64,000 nucleotides of DNA, from the sequence record OP745617; one strand, given 5' to 3'. The DNA comes from Escherichia phage F13. Made by a program: the position numbers and the translations under genes. The notes beneath the pieces are model-generated. The model searched no databases, had not been told where the DNA came from, and saw only the letters and a list, made by a program, of their open reading frames with translations. This document shows positions 38,329 to 47,901 of the stretch, one piece after another (position 1 is the first letter of the stretch; each line of letters starts with the position of its first letter).

Positions 38329-39596
38329 GTGCACAATATTCTTACATAGTAAGCACTGGTGTAATAACCATCGACACAGCCGATTTGCTGGCTGACGTTC
38401 AAAGTGAATGGATTGAGTCATTAGGGGTCGGGCTTGACGTTGATGCATCGACACCGCAAGGCACCCTAATCGCGACAGAGACTTTGGCAAGAACTTCAGT
38501 CATGAAGAACAACGCCGAGCTGGGAAGTCTCATCAACCCTAATTATTCATATGGCGTATACCTTGATGCCATCGCGGCATTGCTTGGTATTGAGCGAACG
38601 AAAAACATCAGCACGATGTTGAAAGGAATTACCGCAGAAGGAACGCCGCTGTTGGAAATTCCTGCTGGAAGTTTGCTGACGGATTCAAACGGCACATACT
38701 GGTATGTTCTTGAAGACGTTCAAATCACTTCGACTGGCAAGACAAGCAACATGACTCTTGCATCAAAAGATTATGGCTCATTTACTGTTGCCCCTGATGA
38801 AGAGTTTACAGTGGTGCAAGGATATGACGTCATCGGATGGTCAAGAACGTATTCAACATCAGCAACGACGACCGTACCAGGTACGCAATACATGGGCGAC
38901 GGAGCGTTAAAGGCCGCTCGCGTAAAGCGCCTTTACCAGCAGGGAATTGCATCGCTTGGTGCTATTCGCGCTCGCGCCATGTCGGTCGACGGCGTGGAAT
39001 CGGTGATGGTCGTGGAGAACGACACGGGATTGCCTGGAACGGTGCGCGGCATCACCTTTTCAACGCCTAACGGTGTCTGGGTGTGCGCAAGCGGAACGTT
39101 CGATAAGCAAGTTTTTGCTGAGACTATTTTCAAGGCAAAGATGGGCGGCCAGCCGTGGGACTTTGGTGCTACCAACCAGGGTGATCCAGTCAACTCGCCT
39201 GATGGAATAGAAGTTGTCGACGAAGAATCGCAACTGTCTTATTTCGTAAAGTTCAACACTGCTGTCATATATGACTTGTATGTCGATATTACTGTTGTAA
39301 GAGGCACCGCAACCGCCGATGCCGAATCTATTATTGCCGCTGTGTTGAATTACGGTAATGGAAATTTTAACGGCGAGCAAGGATATGCAGTGGGCCAATC
39401 TCAATCTTCTTTTGAGATTGCTTCAGCAGTGTCTTGCGAGTATCCAGGTCTGTACATTAAAGATTGCAAAATTGCAGCAGTAAAAAGCGGACAGGCAGCG
39501 CCAAATTATCCATCCGATTACGGCAGCGAGTGGATTGCCAATCCTTGGGATAAGGCTAATACTATGCGCGGCTTCATCAACGTTAAATTTGTGTGA
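38325..39596 (+). CDS. baseplate wedge-like protein (423 aa)
   Basis: ATGA overlap; position. Confidence 0.4.
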   Translation: MSAQYSYIVSTGVITIDTADLLADVQSEWIESLGVGLDVDASTPQGTLIATETLARTSVMKNNAELGSLINPNYSYGVYLDAIAALLGIERTKNISTMLKGITAEGTPLLEIPAGSLLTDSNGTYWYVLEDVQITSTGKTSNMTLASKDYGSFTVAPDEEFTVVQGYDVIGWSRTYSTSATTTVPGTQYMGDGALKAARVKRLYQQGIASLGAIRARAMSVDGVESVMVVENDTGLPGTVRGITFSTPNGVWVCASGTFDKQVFAETIFKAKMGGQPWDFGATNQGDPVNSPDGIEVVDEESQLSYFVKFNTAVIYDLYVDITVVRGTATADAESIIAAVLNYGNGNFNGEQGYAVGQSQSSFEIASAVSCEYPGLYIKDCKIAAVKSGQAAPNYPSDYGSEWIANPWDKANTMRGFINVKFV

Positions 39597-39602
39597 GGAA
39601 CT

Positions 39603-42341
39603 ATGCAAAAGTTTGACACAAACCTGTTGCAAAACCTTAAGTGGATGCAGAACAATGCGCCAAACATTACATCTTTGGTGCAAAAGAAAAGTGACTGGTA
39701 TGAAAGATACCAAGATCAGTTTTGGACTGACTGGTACAATAACATTTTTAACATTGACACTTGTGATGCAATGGGCATTTATATTTGGTGCGACATTCTT
39801 TGCATACCAAGAGACTTTGTGGACTTAAGCAATTATGAGCACAACTGGGCGTTTGGACCGACGCGCGACAACTTTGAAGGTGCGGACAACATCGGCGGCA
39901 ACTTCTTTGGTGCTGGCGGGAAGGTTGTAAAGAATATCGAAGAAGCGCGCATACTTCTTAAGCTTCGTTATCTGACGCTTACAAGTGATGGCCGCATCGA
40001 AAGTATCAATCGCATGCTTAAGTGGATTTTCAACCGTGGAGAGGCTTGGGATTACTCTTCATCACGCTACGCATATGTGACCGACAATACTCAAGGCGCA
40101 GTGTCTTCGTCTGAATCAACCAATGGCTCATTCCTTCTGTACGACTGGCAAGGGTCAACTGAGATTCAGCACGATTATAAGCAGATACTTTTAAGCCATG
40201 GCAACAACGCCGGACTGACCATCAGCGGAGTATCAGGCACCGTGTCACGGATGGCGCATCCAGATTGGTACTCATGGGGGAATGGCTCCGGCACAGGTCT
40301 TGTCGGCGGCGACACCAGACAGTATGGCGGCCCTGATTACTATGGACAGTTGTGTGGTGATTACCCAGGCGAGGCCATAGAGAATTTTGCCAACGCAGTA
40401 AGGGTAGTCAAGACTGCTTCAAGCGGTGAGCCTGTGTATTCTTTGGCAGATAATCCAAGCGCCCAATCCATTGCGCTTCCTTCGCAGGCTGGCGTTAACG
40501 TTTGTTATAGCTTCTACATAAAGGTGCTTTCTGAAAATGTCGCTTCTGTTTCGGTTACAGAGAATAGTGATGCATCTAGTAATGGAAAGTTGTTTGACCC
40601 AGTCACTGGGCAGTTCAACTTGGACCCGTATTTGAGCTATTTCATCACAGGCAAATTCGATGGAGTAAGAAGGGAATCAAGCCGTGGTGGCATCAAAGCA
40701 ATCGGCGGCGATTGGTATCGAATCTGGATTGTAGAGCAGACGGCAACCGCTGCGTCTGGAGTAAGTACCAGCTTTTCAATAGAGTTGAAGGCGACTGCCG
40801 CTGGATCAACTCAAACTCGTGAATTGCCTGAAGGGTCTGATGCACTTCTTTTTGGATACTCGATTTGCGTCTGCGACCCTGTTCAGAATCCAAATGGACC
40901 TGAGCCTTATTTTTATGGAACGCAAAACCCTCCTTCTGACGGAACAGCAATACTGTCTGTAACGGCGGGAACGCTCAACAACATCTCCTGTGCAAACGGA
41001 CCGCTGACGACAAGAAACGGTGTGGTTGGCGAGTCATTCATGCAACCTGGCTCATCACTTGCATACTCTGGCTCAATCGGCGGCTACCCGTACCCAGGGA
41101 ACGCCACATTGATTGCAGAGACTGACGGCATCAGACGCTCATGGAACGTTAGCAGGCTTGATGGAGTACCGCCGCCGCCGACCGCTGACTATTACATGGA
41201 ATACGTCATCGGACCTTATTTCGCCAACAACCTGTCAGACAACTTTAAGACGCTAGTTGGCGACAGGGATGAAGGATTCTTGCCAGCAAATGCCGGAATA
41301 CGCTGGCAGCGTTACCAAGAAGTCGCAGACTTATCTGATATTGATTTGACTGTCAGCAACATAACAGACACGCGAGTAGGATTTGAAACGGAAGGTGTTG
41401 CTTGGATTAACACTGACGGTATCATCAGAGTTGGCGGCATTAACGAGTGGCCGCTGAACAACTTCAACGGTGTGATACGCCAGCTTGAATCTTTGAAAGG
41501 TGTAAACCAGGTCATCGACGGCGCGCTTGTCAACGACTATTCAATCTCAAAAGCATCAAGAGATGACTTTGGTCGTGAAATCCCACGTGCCGCAATCACT
41601 AACTACTGGAGATACACACAGCCCAATGACGGCACATCTTTTGGCAATATCATTGAGGATGGCGCAAACACGGTCACAGCGACGCCAATCAGCGGTGTAC
41701 CCAACCAGTTCCCATCATTCAAGCTTTCCGCTACAATAGGGACTGTGCCAGCGTCCGGTTATGCACGCGCTGTACTTGCTACTAAATACACTGGCACCCT
41801 GACTGGTCCTTTATCATTCATTGCGGTAGTCAAAAACAACACGGTTAACGGTCAAAAACTTTTTGTAACTGTACCGGATGGGATGGGTGGCTATATCCCT
41901 AAATTCTACAACATAGGCGCAGGTGATTTGCAACGTATCGAAATTGACCTTGCCGCTGAGATTGTTGAAGGCGCTACCTGGGATGGATCAACAGGCGGCA
42001 TCAGCATCGGTTTGATATCAGGGAAAGACTTGCCGACCGAAGTTGGTACGACTCTTGAACTTGATATTTTAAGCTTGATGCTTGTGTCTGGTAATACGAT
42101 GAATGCGCTTGCAATTTCAACAAGCGAAGATTTCGCAAAGAAGACTGCGACTTCTATATACATCAAAAACCCAGGATCACTTGCCACTGGAGTTCAATTG
42201 ATTGCTTCTAATGGTGATGTTGTAGCAACAGTAAACTTTCCGAGAAGTGCTGCTGGTGGTTATGTTTCAAGCATGAACATAACTGACTTAACTGGTGATT
42301 GGGCATCAACCCTTTTATCAAAAATTAAATACATCGTGTAG
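39603..42341 (+). CDS. large tail fiber / baseplate-associated structural protein (912 aa)
   Basis: Size, Gly/Ser/Thr-rich composition, position before the fiber gene. Confidence 0.5.
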   Translation: MQKFDTNLLQNLKWMQNNAPNITSLVQKKSDWYERYQDQFWTDWYNNIFNIDTCDAMGIYIWCDILCIPRDFVDLSNYEHNWAFGPTRDNFEGADNIGGNFFGAGGKVVKNIEEARILLKLRYLTLTSDGRIESINRMLKWIFNRGEAWDYSSSRYAYVTDNTQGAVSSSESTNGSFLLYDWQGSTEIQHDYKQILLSHGNNAGLTISGVSGTVSRMAHPDWYSWGNGSGTGLVGGDTRQYGGPDYYGQLCGDYPGEAIENFANAVRVVKTASSGEPVYSLADNPSAQSIALPSQAGVNVCYSFYIKVLSENVASVSVTENSDASSNGKLFDPVTGQFNLDPYLSYFITGKFDGVRRESSRGGIKAIGGDWYRIWIVEQTATAASGVSTSFSIELKATAAGSTQTRELPEGSDALLFGYSICVCDPVQNPNGPEPYFYGTQNPPSDGTAILSVTAGTLNNISCANGPLTTRNGVVGESFMQPGSSLAYSGSIGGYPYPGNATLIAETDGIRRSWNVSRLDGVPPPPTADYYMEYVIGPYFANNLSDNFKTLVGDRDEGFLPANAGIRWQRYQEVADLSDIDLTVSNITDTRVGFETEGVAWINTDGIIRVGGINEWPLNNFNGVIRQLESLKGVNQVIDGALVNDYSISKASRDDFGREIPRAAITNYWRYTQPNDGTSFGNIIEDGANTVTATPISGVPNQFPSFKLSATIGTVPASGYARAVLATKYTGTLTGPLSFIAVVKNNTVNGQKLFVTVPDGMGGYIPKFYNIGAGDLQRIEIDLAAEIVEGATWDGSTGGISIGLISGKDLPTEVGTTLELDILSLMLVSGNTMNALAISTSEDFAKKTATSIYIKNPGSLATGVQLIASNGDVVATVNFPRSAAGGYVSSMNITDLTGDWASTLLSKIKYIV

Positions 42342-42351
42342 AGGAACGGCA

Positions 42352-44136
42352 ATGCCAACACTTATTAACAGACCTTTCGCGCAAAGCGGTGATGTATCCG
42401 TGGTGCCGGATGCAAGTCCAAGCGGTTATGTGAACTTCCAGCGCGGCTACACCCCTGACTATGCACTTGCGCTGGAAGCCGGAAACGTCGCCGCGAAAGC
42501 AGTTGAACGTGAGTCGATGAACTGGTTGCTGAATCTGATCACCGACAACCTTATGTTCATCCAGGACCACGGCGCTCAACAGTATTTCTCGTCTGACTTG
42601 AAGCCAGATGGATACCCGAAAAATGCCATCGTTGTCAGCAACTCTGGCACCCCTTCAGCGCCTGAATGGCGCATTTTCCAGAGTGTGGTAGACGGCAACA
42701 CCAGCGCAGTCCCAGCTAACGGCGAAACGGAATCTTGGCAGGAATTGACGCTGCCTAGCGAAGCGAGAAAATATATTCCTATGCCTGCTGGCGGCGATGC
42801 GCAAAACCCGTATTTTGTTCGCGGACTGATTTCAAACTTTGTGGACTTTGATAATATCACGACTTCCACAACTATTGTCATTCAATCTGATGCCGTTGCC
42901 GCTCTCTGCTCTAACATCCCGAACGCGGTTGGTGCGACGAAGGTTGCAGGTCGTCTCCAGGTTTGCGCTTGGCAGGTTGATGCGCAGACTTTCGCCCTGC
43001 AACAATACACGTCAATGAACGGATATGTTTTCACCCGCTCTTATACTTCTGGTGCTTGGAGTGCTTGGATTCAAAATGCAACTGTTCAAGACGTGCAAAT
43101 CGGCACGCCGAATCTTGCATCAGGTAAAGGCGCACAAGATATAATCCTTACCGTTCCGGCAGGTTATGCATGGCCGCCGTCAGCAGGTAGTCGCCTGACA
43201 ATTGTCAATGATGTAACGACTACCGGACCTGTTACCGTGACCATTGGTGCAAACAAAGTTGCAGTCCTTGGATTCGACGGCGGCGAGCTGCCAGCAGGGT
43301 CCATCGTCGGTCTTCTTCCTTTTACTATTATTTATGACGGCACCGTTTGGCGTCTTCTTCAAGCATTCGGCGCGGCGCAAATCGGTGTCGATGCTAGTGA
43401 GCCGCAACAGTTTGTTACAAAGCGCCAACTCGATGCTTTGGCTGCGAAATTGATAACTATGGGTGATGTATTCGAAGTCGGTGAGACTCGATTCTTGACT
43501 AATGGCACTAACCCAAATACTAAACTGGGCGCTTATGGACAGGTTTGGACCAGATTGCCTGACAACATGGTCATCAGGACATCTGGCACAGCAAGAAACG
43601 GCCTTGCCACTGGCGGCGCGGACTCTGTTACTCTTACCGCCGCCATGCTTCCTCTGCACAATCACAGCGTGAACATAACTACGCGACAGAGCGGTCCATG
43701 GTCCAATACCACTGGAGGCGCAGGCAACCATAACCACACAGGCGATACCAGTCAAAACGGCGCTCACGTGCACGGAATGGATGCTGCTGGTAATCATCAT
43801 CACGACAGTGGCTGGGGTGAGGCTTATGCAGACCAGGCTAGATACGGGGTGTATGATGGCACGCACAATAACCTTGGAAGTGCAAGGTCTGATTATGACA
43901 ACTACAAATACAACACCTCGACTAACGGTAGCCACGTCCACAATATTCAATCTTCTGGGTCACACACCCATGGGTTGAATATAAATTTCGCTGGCAATCA
44001 CAGCCATAGCTATACCCTTCCCGCTCACACTCACGATGTGGTCGGTAACACTGGCAATGCAGGGCAGTCCGTCCCAACGGCTGTTTCAACTCTGCCGCGA
44101 TATGTCGTCTTGAACGGCTGGTACAGAAGCGCATAA
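42352..44136 (+). CDS. tail fiber protein with His-rich HxH C-terminal tip
   Basis: 594 aa from ATG 42352 (GAGGAA RBS); C-terminal HNHS..NHNHTGD..HVHG..NHHHD..HVHN..HTHG..NHSHS..HTHD repeats. Confidence 0.6.
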   Translation: MPTLINRPFAQSGDVSVVPDASPSGYVNFQRGYTPDYALALEAGNVAAKAVERESMNWLLNLITDNLMFIQDHGAQQYFSSDLKPDGYPKNAIVVSNSGTPSAPEWRIFQSVVDGNTSAVPANGETESWQELTLPSEARKYIPMPAGGDAQNPYFVRGLISNFVDFDNITTSTTIVIQSDAVAALCSNIPNAVGATKVAGRLQVCAWQVDAQTFALQQYTSMNGYVFTRSYTSGAWSAWIQNATVQDVQIGTPNLASGKGAQDIILTVPAGYAWPPSAGSRLTIVNDVTTTGPVTVTIGANKVAVLGFDGGELPAGSIVGLLPFTIIYDGTVWRLLQAFGAAQIGVDASEPQQFVTKRQLDALAAKLITMGDVFEVGETRFLTNGTNPNTKLGAYGQVWTRLPDNMVIRTSGTARNGLATGGADSVTLTAAMLPLHNHSVNITTRQSGPWSNTTGGAGNHNHTGDTSQNGAHVHGMDAAGNHHHDSGWGEAYADQARYGVYDGTHNNLGSARSDYDNYKYNTSTNGSHVHNIQSSGSHTHGLNINFAGNHSHSYTLPAHTHDVVGNTGNAGQSVPTAVSTLPRYVVLNGWYRSA

Positions 44137-44144
44137 GGTGATTT

Positions 44145-44789
44145 ATGATTAATGCAAACGTAATATCTAAAGGGACCGGATGCAGCATGGATGTTGCTGA
44201 AAAATGGGTCGACCCCTTCAAGCAGGCTTGTGAGCACTACGGAATCAAAAGCAAGAATGCCATCGCGGCGTTGCTTGCAAACGTAGGAGTAGAAACAGGC
44301 AGTATGAAGACTTTTGTGGAGAACTTGAATTACTCCGCTCAAGGTCTTGCGAATACATGGCCTAGCCGTTACAGCGCCAGCGGTCGTTTCGGTGGCGCAC
44401 CAAACTCCTTGGCATTGTCTATTGCCCGTAAACCAATGGAAATCGCCAATAATACATATGCAAACCGAATGGGCAATGGTTCGGTAGCATCTGGCGACGG
44501 TTGGAAGTACCGTGGCCGTGGTGCCATTCAGCTGACTGGAAAGGCTAACTATGCAGAGTATTCAAAGCAATCAGGGTATGATGCATTGAATAACCCTGAC
44601 ATTTTGACTGAGCCGAAACACATCGCTGACAGCGCGGCATGGTTCTTCAAGAACAGCGGTTGCATCCCACTTGCTGATGCTGGCGCATTTGATTCGACTG
44701 TGAAGCGGATTAACGGGGCCGCGCCGAATACGGCTAACCATGGAGATTTGCGACGGAAGCGTTACAAGGATGCACTAGCAGTTATGTAA
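44145..44789 (+). CDS. endolysin, glycoside hydrolase family 19-like
   Basis: 214 aa; motifs YANRMGNG...GWKYRGRGAIQLTGKANY typical of GH19 lysozymes. Confidence 0.7.
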   Translation: MINANVISKGTGCSMDVAEKWVDPFKQACEHYGIKSKNAIAALLANVGVETGSMKTFVENLNYSAQGLANTWPSRYSASGRFGGAPNSLALSIARKPMEIANNTYANRMGNGSVASGDGWKYRGRGAIQLTGKANYAEYSKQSGYDALNNPDILTEPKHIADSAAWFFKNSGCIPLADAGAFDSTVKRINGAAPNTANHGDLRRKRYKDALAVM

Positions 44790-44792
44790 GAA

Positions 44793-44820
44793 AAAGGCCC
44801 ATATGGGCCTTTGTTTATTT
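44793..44820. terminator. bidirectional Rho-independent terminator
   Basis: Palindrome AAAGGCCCATATGGGCCTTT flanked by T-tracts on both strands, between convergent genes. Confidence 0.75.
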
Positions 44821-45045
44821 TACGGCTTCAACCTGGACGGGCGGCGCGGAACTTGTATCAATGTCTGGCAAGTCGAAGTAATACCCCGCCATGCCAATCA
44901 CGCCAACAATCGCGGCCCGTGCCACCTTGTTGCTGATTGACTCCCCAATAAGCTTTACCAACAGGGACAAGATTTGAGACGTCAAAGCCTTTTTCAGCCT
45001 TTTGTTTTCTTCCAAATCTTTCTGCATAACTACCACCCATGTCAA
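44815..45045 (-). CDS. small membrane protein (76 aa)
   Basis: One hydrophobic segment (AAIVGVIGMAGYYF). Confidence 0.35.
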   Translation of the reverse strand: MTWVVVMQKDLEENKRLKKALTSQILSLLVKLIGESISNKVARAAIVGVIGMAGYYFDLPDIDTSSAPPVQVEAVK

Positions 45046-45584
45046 CGCACTTCCTGTGTCTTAACATTACCTGAAGCATCTCTTAAGGGCAGTGGATAGT
45101 AGGCCATTTGGTAGTCTGATACGCCTTCAACATGATAAAACACGATTACGTCTTTGCTGTTGATGAGCATGTTAACGACATCTGATTTATCTTCTGGAGT
45201 GAGTATGAGTGCGCCGCCTGTCCTGCTGTCTACTGCAACAGGGTATGTCTTATCGACAAGGCCGCTGTCCAATGTATTATACCTGACAACGATTTCAGGG
45301 GCATCAACTTTTGCAATTGACATTCCGAACACAAACGACACGACTTGGCGACCGCGATCATTCATTACGCACATCTTTTCCTTATCAAACCTTTCCTTTA
45401 TCACATCATATTTGTTCCAACAAAATTCGAACGATTGGCCGTTGTTAAAATATCTCGTTAATACTTTTGCATTGCTGTTTGGCGGCGTAAACATACTTTC
45501 AGCCGCTGCACTTTTGGTGAAGAACAAAACTGTCAGCATAGCCATGATGATGATCAAAACAATCTTTAAGTTTTTCGATTTCAT
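45042..45584 (-). CDS. secreted or periplasmic protein (180 aa)
   Basis: N-terminal signal-like MKSKNLKIVLIIIMAMLTVLFFTKSAAA. Confidence 0.45.
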   Translation of the reverse strand: MKSKNLKIVLIIIMAMLTVLFFTKSAAAESMFTPPNSNAKVLTRYFNNGQSFEFCWNKYDVIKERFDKEKMCVMNDRGRQVVSFVFGMSIAKVDAPEIVVRYNTLDSGLVDKTYPVAVDSRTGGALILTPEDKSDVVNMLINSKDVIVFYHVEGVSDYQMAYYPLPLRDASGNVKTQEVR

Positions 45585-45654
45585 TATAATTCACCTTTTG
45601 ATTACGAATATTAATAGTATAGGCCGAAGGTTTTGAAAGTAAATAAGGCGAAAG

Positions 45655-45686
45655 GTAAATAAAAGAAAAGCCGGAGATTTCCGGCT
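45655..45686 (-). terminator. Rho-independent terminator (minus strand)
   Basis: AGCCGGA-gatt-TCCGGCT hairpin followed on the minus strand by TTTTCTTTTATT; downstream of the ligase gene. Confidence 0.6.
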
Positions 45687-45760
45687 TTATGTATACACTG
45701 TATATTAAATTCTATAAAACGACGAGATAGATTATCCGCACCAATTATTTATCTAGTGTC

Positions 45761-46738
45761 TTAGAAATACTCCATATCGGTAATATCACGGAAGCATTTA
45801 TACAAAGCAGAGCGCGGCACGTCAACGATGCCAAAGTTAAAGAATTTATACGTAAGGTATTTATCGCGATAGTTTTCGCGATTCTCCCAAAGCATTTTAC
45901 GCTCTGCCATAGGCATTGAACCAGCGGAGACGCGGAAAGGAATCATTTCACCTTTCTCATCCACATATTTTGGATTGACGACTACGAATGAGCCAAGGTA
46001 TCCTTTCGCAACTAAACCTTCAGCCTCTTTTGAACGCTTGGTGCGACCCAATTCGTCAATGAATGCTTCGTTGTTGTTCTCCATCATCTCAACGAAGTCT
46101 ATGATCAATCCTTCTTCATCGGTCCACGGCTTGTCCTTCCACACATCACGTGACTTCGGCGTCGCGCGGCCATGCTTGTATTTGCCCGTCCAAGACTTGC
46201 CATACAAGCCTTCATATCCAAGCTGGTCCGCTTCGATTTGCATCGCCGCGTACTGTTCCATATTTTCGATGTTTCGATATTCGAGAGCGCGAAGGAATGG
46301 GCGTCGACCATGGTTGATGAGATGTTGATTAACTTCAGCAACTCTAGCTCGATAGTTCGCATAACGCTTTTCAAAAGGCAAATCAGGGTCGCTGAAGTCA
46401 TCAAACACCCACCATGTAAAGTTAGTGATTGCATCAGTATTCATGCACGCAGTATAGGCCTGTTGCATGACGTTCTTGTCATTTGGATTGCCGTCGATTA
46501 GCTCTCCATCAAGTCCGTGAATTAGTTCACCCAAAAAGAGGAATTCTTTTTTGATTTGAACGTTTCTCAGCGCCATGCCGGACGTGCCCATTGGCAAGTT
46601 GTCATACGCCATTGCGCGTATTCCATCGACCTTGAATGACAATCCGCAAGGCAGCGGCACGTCTTCGCCGCGCTCGATTATTTGCTTACGCTGGCAACCC
46701 TTCATTGGTTTTAATGCTTTGATTTCTCCTGCCATCAC
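45761..46738 (-). CDS. ATP-dependent DNA ligase-like protein
   Basis: 325 aa; adenylation motif KVDGIR and EG..K-type motifs (EGLYGK, AEGLVAKG). Confidence 0.55.
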   Translation of the reverse strand: MMAGEIKALKPMKGCQRKQIIERGEDVPLPCGLSFKVDGIRAMAYDNLPMGTSGMALRNVQIKKEFLFLGELIHGLDGELIDGNPNDKNVMQQAYTACMNTDAITNFTWWVFDDFSDPDLPFEKRYANYRARVAEVNQHLINHGRRPFLRALEYRNIENMEQYAAMQIEADQLGYEGLYGKSWTGKYKHGRATPKSRDVWKDKPWTDEEGLIIDFVEMMENNNEAFIDELGRTKRSKEAEGLVAKGYLGSFVVVNPKYVDEKGEMIPFRVSAGSMPMAERKMLWENRENYRDKYLTYKFFNFGIVDVPRSALYKCFRDITDMEYF

Positions 46739-47328
46739 TCAAACTCCTTATTCATCACTTGTTCCAGCGCATAGGCGTAAGCCTGATCAGTAGATTTGAT
46801 GAACGTTCCGTTGTACATGACACCTTTGCGGTCCTTGATGTCTTCGTAGGCCGCTTGCGCACAGTCGGATAAGCGAAGGCCATAATCATGAGCTACGCCG
46901 GAAAGGTAATCGACTGCGGCCATGATGGTGACGTCAATATCCATGGTCTGATTCTTAGCAATAGCATCACCAAGCCGTCCAAGGGTCTTTGCCAGGCGAA
47001 GGATGAATGAATGAGGGTGAGCGCCTTTATCAGCACAACCGCCGCCATTAATGTTTTCGATTTCAGTACCGTTTTGCGCCGCCAGGATGGTCAACACAAC
47101 AAGACAATCGCCAATGTCGTCCTTGATTGCAGCTTGCAAGTCACAGATGGCCTGCTCTGTATATCCAATTTCAGGGTCGAAGAACACAAGGTCATGGAGT
47201 TGATCAACGTGGTCGGTTAACTCCCCAAACTCGCTGATAAGCTTCGGGTATTGGTCCTTAAGGTCGCAACCTTGGATGATGTTACGGTCAGAAGCCCACT
47301 GGCGAATGTTTGCATAAATCTGTTTCAT
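46735..47328 (-). CDS. MazG-like nucleotide pyrophosphohydrolase candidate
   Basis: 197 aa; acidic helix motifs (LISEFGELTDHVDQL, DDIGDCLVVLTILA). Confidence 0.4.
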   Translation of the reverse strand: MKQIYANIRQWASDRNIIQGCDLKDQYPKLISEFGELTDHVDQLHDLVFFDPEIGYTEQAICDLQAAIKDDIGDCLVVLTILAAQNGTEIENINGGGCADKGAHPHSFILRLAKTLGRLGDAIAKNQTMDIDVTIMAAVDYLSGVAHDYGLRLSDCAQAAYEDIKDRKGVMYNGTFIKSTDQAYAYALEQVMNKEFE

Positions 47329-47844
47329 TTATTTTTCCTTTGATGCATTGAATTGATCGATTTTTATTTTAGCCTGATTATAAGTATCAATCAAGCTATT
47401 AACTTTCTCTTTTAATCGATTTGTTTCTGCGGCGAACTGAACAAGAAATCTGACATCCTCTTCTGATAGTCCACAGTTTCCTTCTGGGATAGAGAGGCGT
47501 CCAGTGGTCGCAGAGTCGGGCACACTCCTGAGTAACTCACGGGAGCAGCTGAGTTGCTCGCGCAACTTGACATTCCCAGACTTGTAACGAGCAATAGTGT
47601 CATCAGCAACCAGTTGCGCTTCCTGGCGACCCTTCTCATATGCCGATGCCGATTCAACCTGTAAAGTTGCAATTTGCTCTTCGAGTGCATTTATCTTGTC
47701 CTTACGCTCATTAAGCGATGTCAGATATTGATTATCCTTGGCCAGTGATGCGTTGGTTTGCTGCAGGTCTTCAACGTATGATCCAGCGGCAAACGCGCCA
47801 ACAAGGGCCAGAATCTTCAGGAGCGGTACAATTCTTTCTATCAT
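47329..47844 (-). CDS. i-spanin (Rz-like) candidate: N-terminal TM plus coiled coil
   Basis: 171 aa; TM IVPLLKILALVGAFAAGSYV then heptad-rich sequence; embedded out-of-frame ORF with lipoprotein-like signal. Confidence 0.4.
   Translation of the reverse strand: MIERIVPLLKILALVGAFAAGSYVEDLQQTNASLAKDNQYLTSLNERKDKINALEEQIATLQVESASAYEKGRQEAQLVADDTIARYKSGNVKLREQLSCSRELLRSVPDSATTGRLSIPEGNCGLSEEDVRFLVQFAAETNRLKEKVNSLIDTYNQAKIKIDQFNASKEK
47412..47603 (-). CDS. embedded o-spanin (Rz1-like) candidate
   Basis: Out-of-frame ORF inside 47329..47844; MTLLLVTSLGMSSCAS resembles a lipoprotein signal but the lipobox is non-canonical. Confidence 0.25.
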   Translation of the reverse strand: MTLLLVTSLGMSSCASNSAAPVSYSGVCPTLRPLDASLSQKETVDYQKRMSDFLFSSPQKQID

Positions 47845-47901
47845 GATGCACCAGATAAATAAAAGGCCGCCAATCGGCAGCCTTGTTGATTTGATTGTCG
47901 A

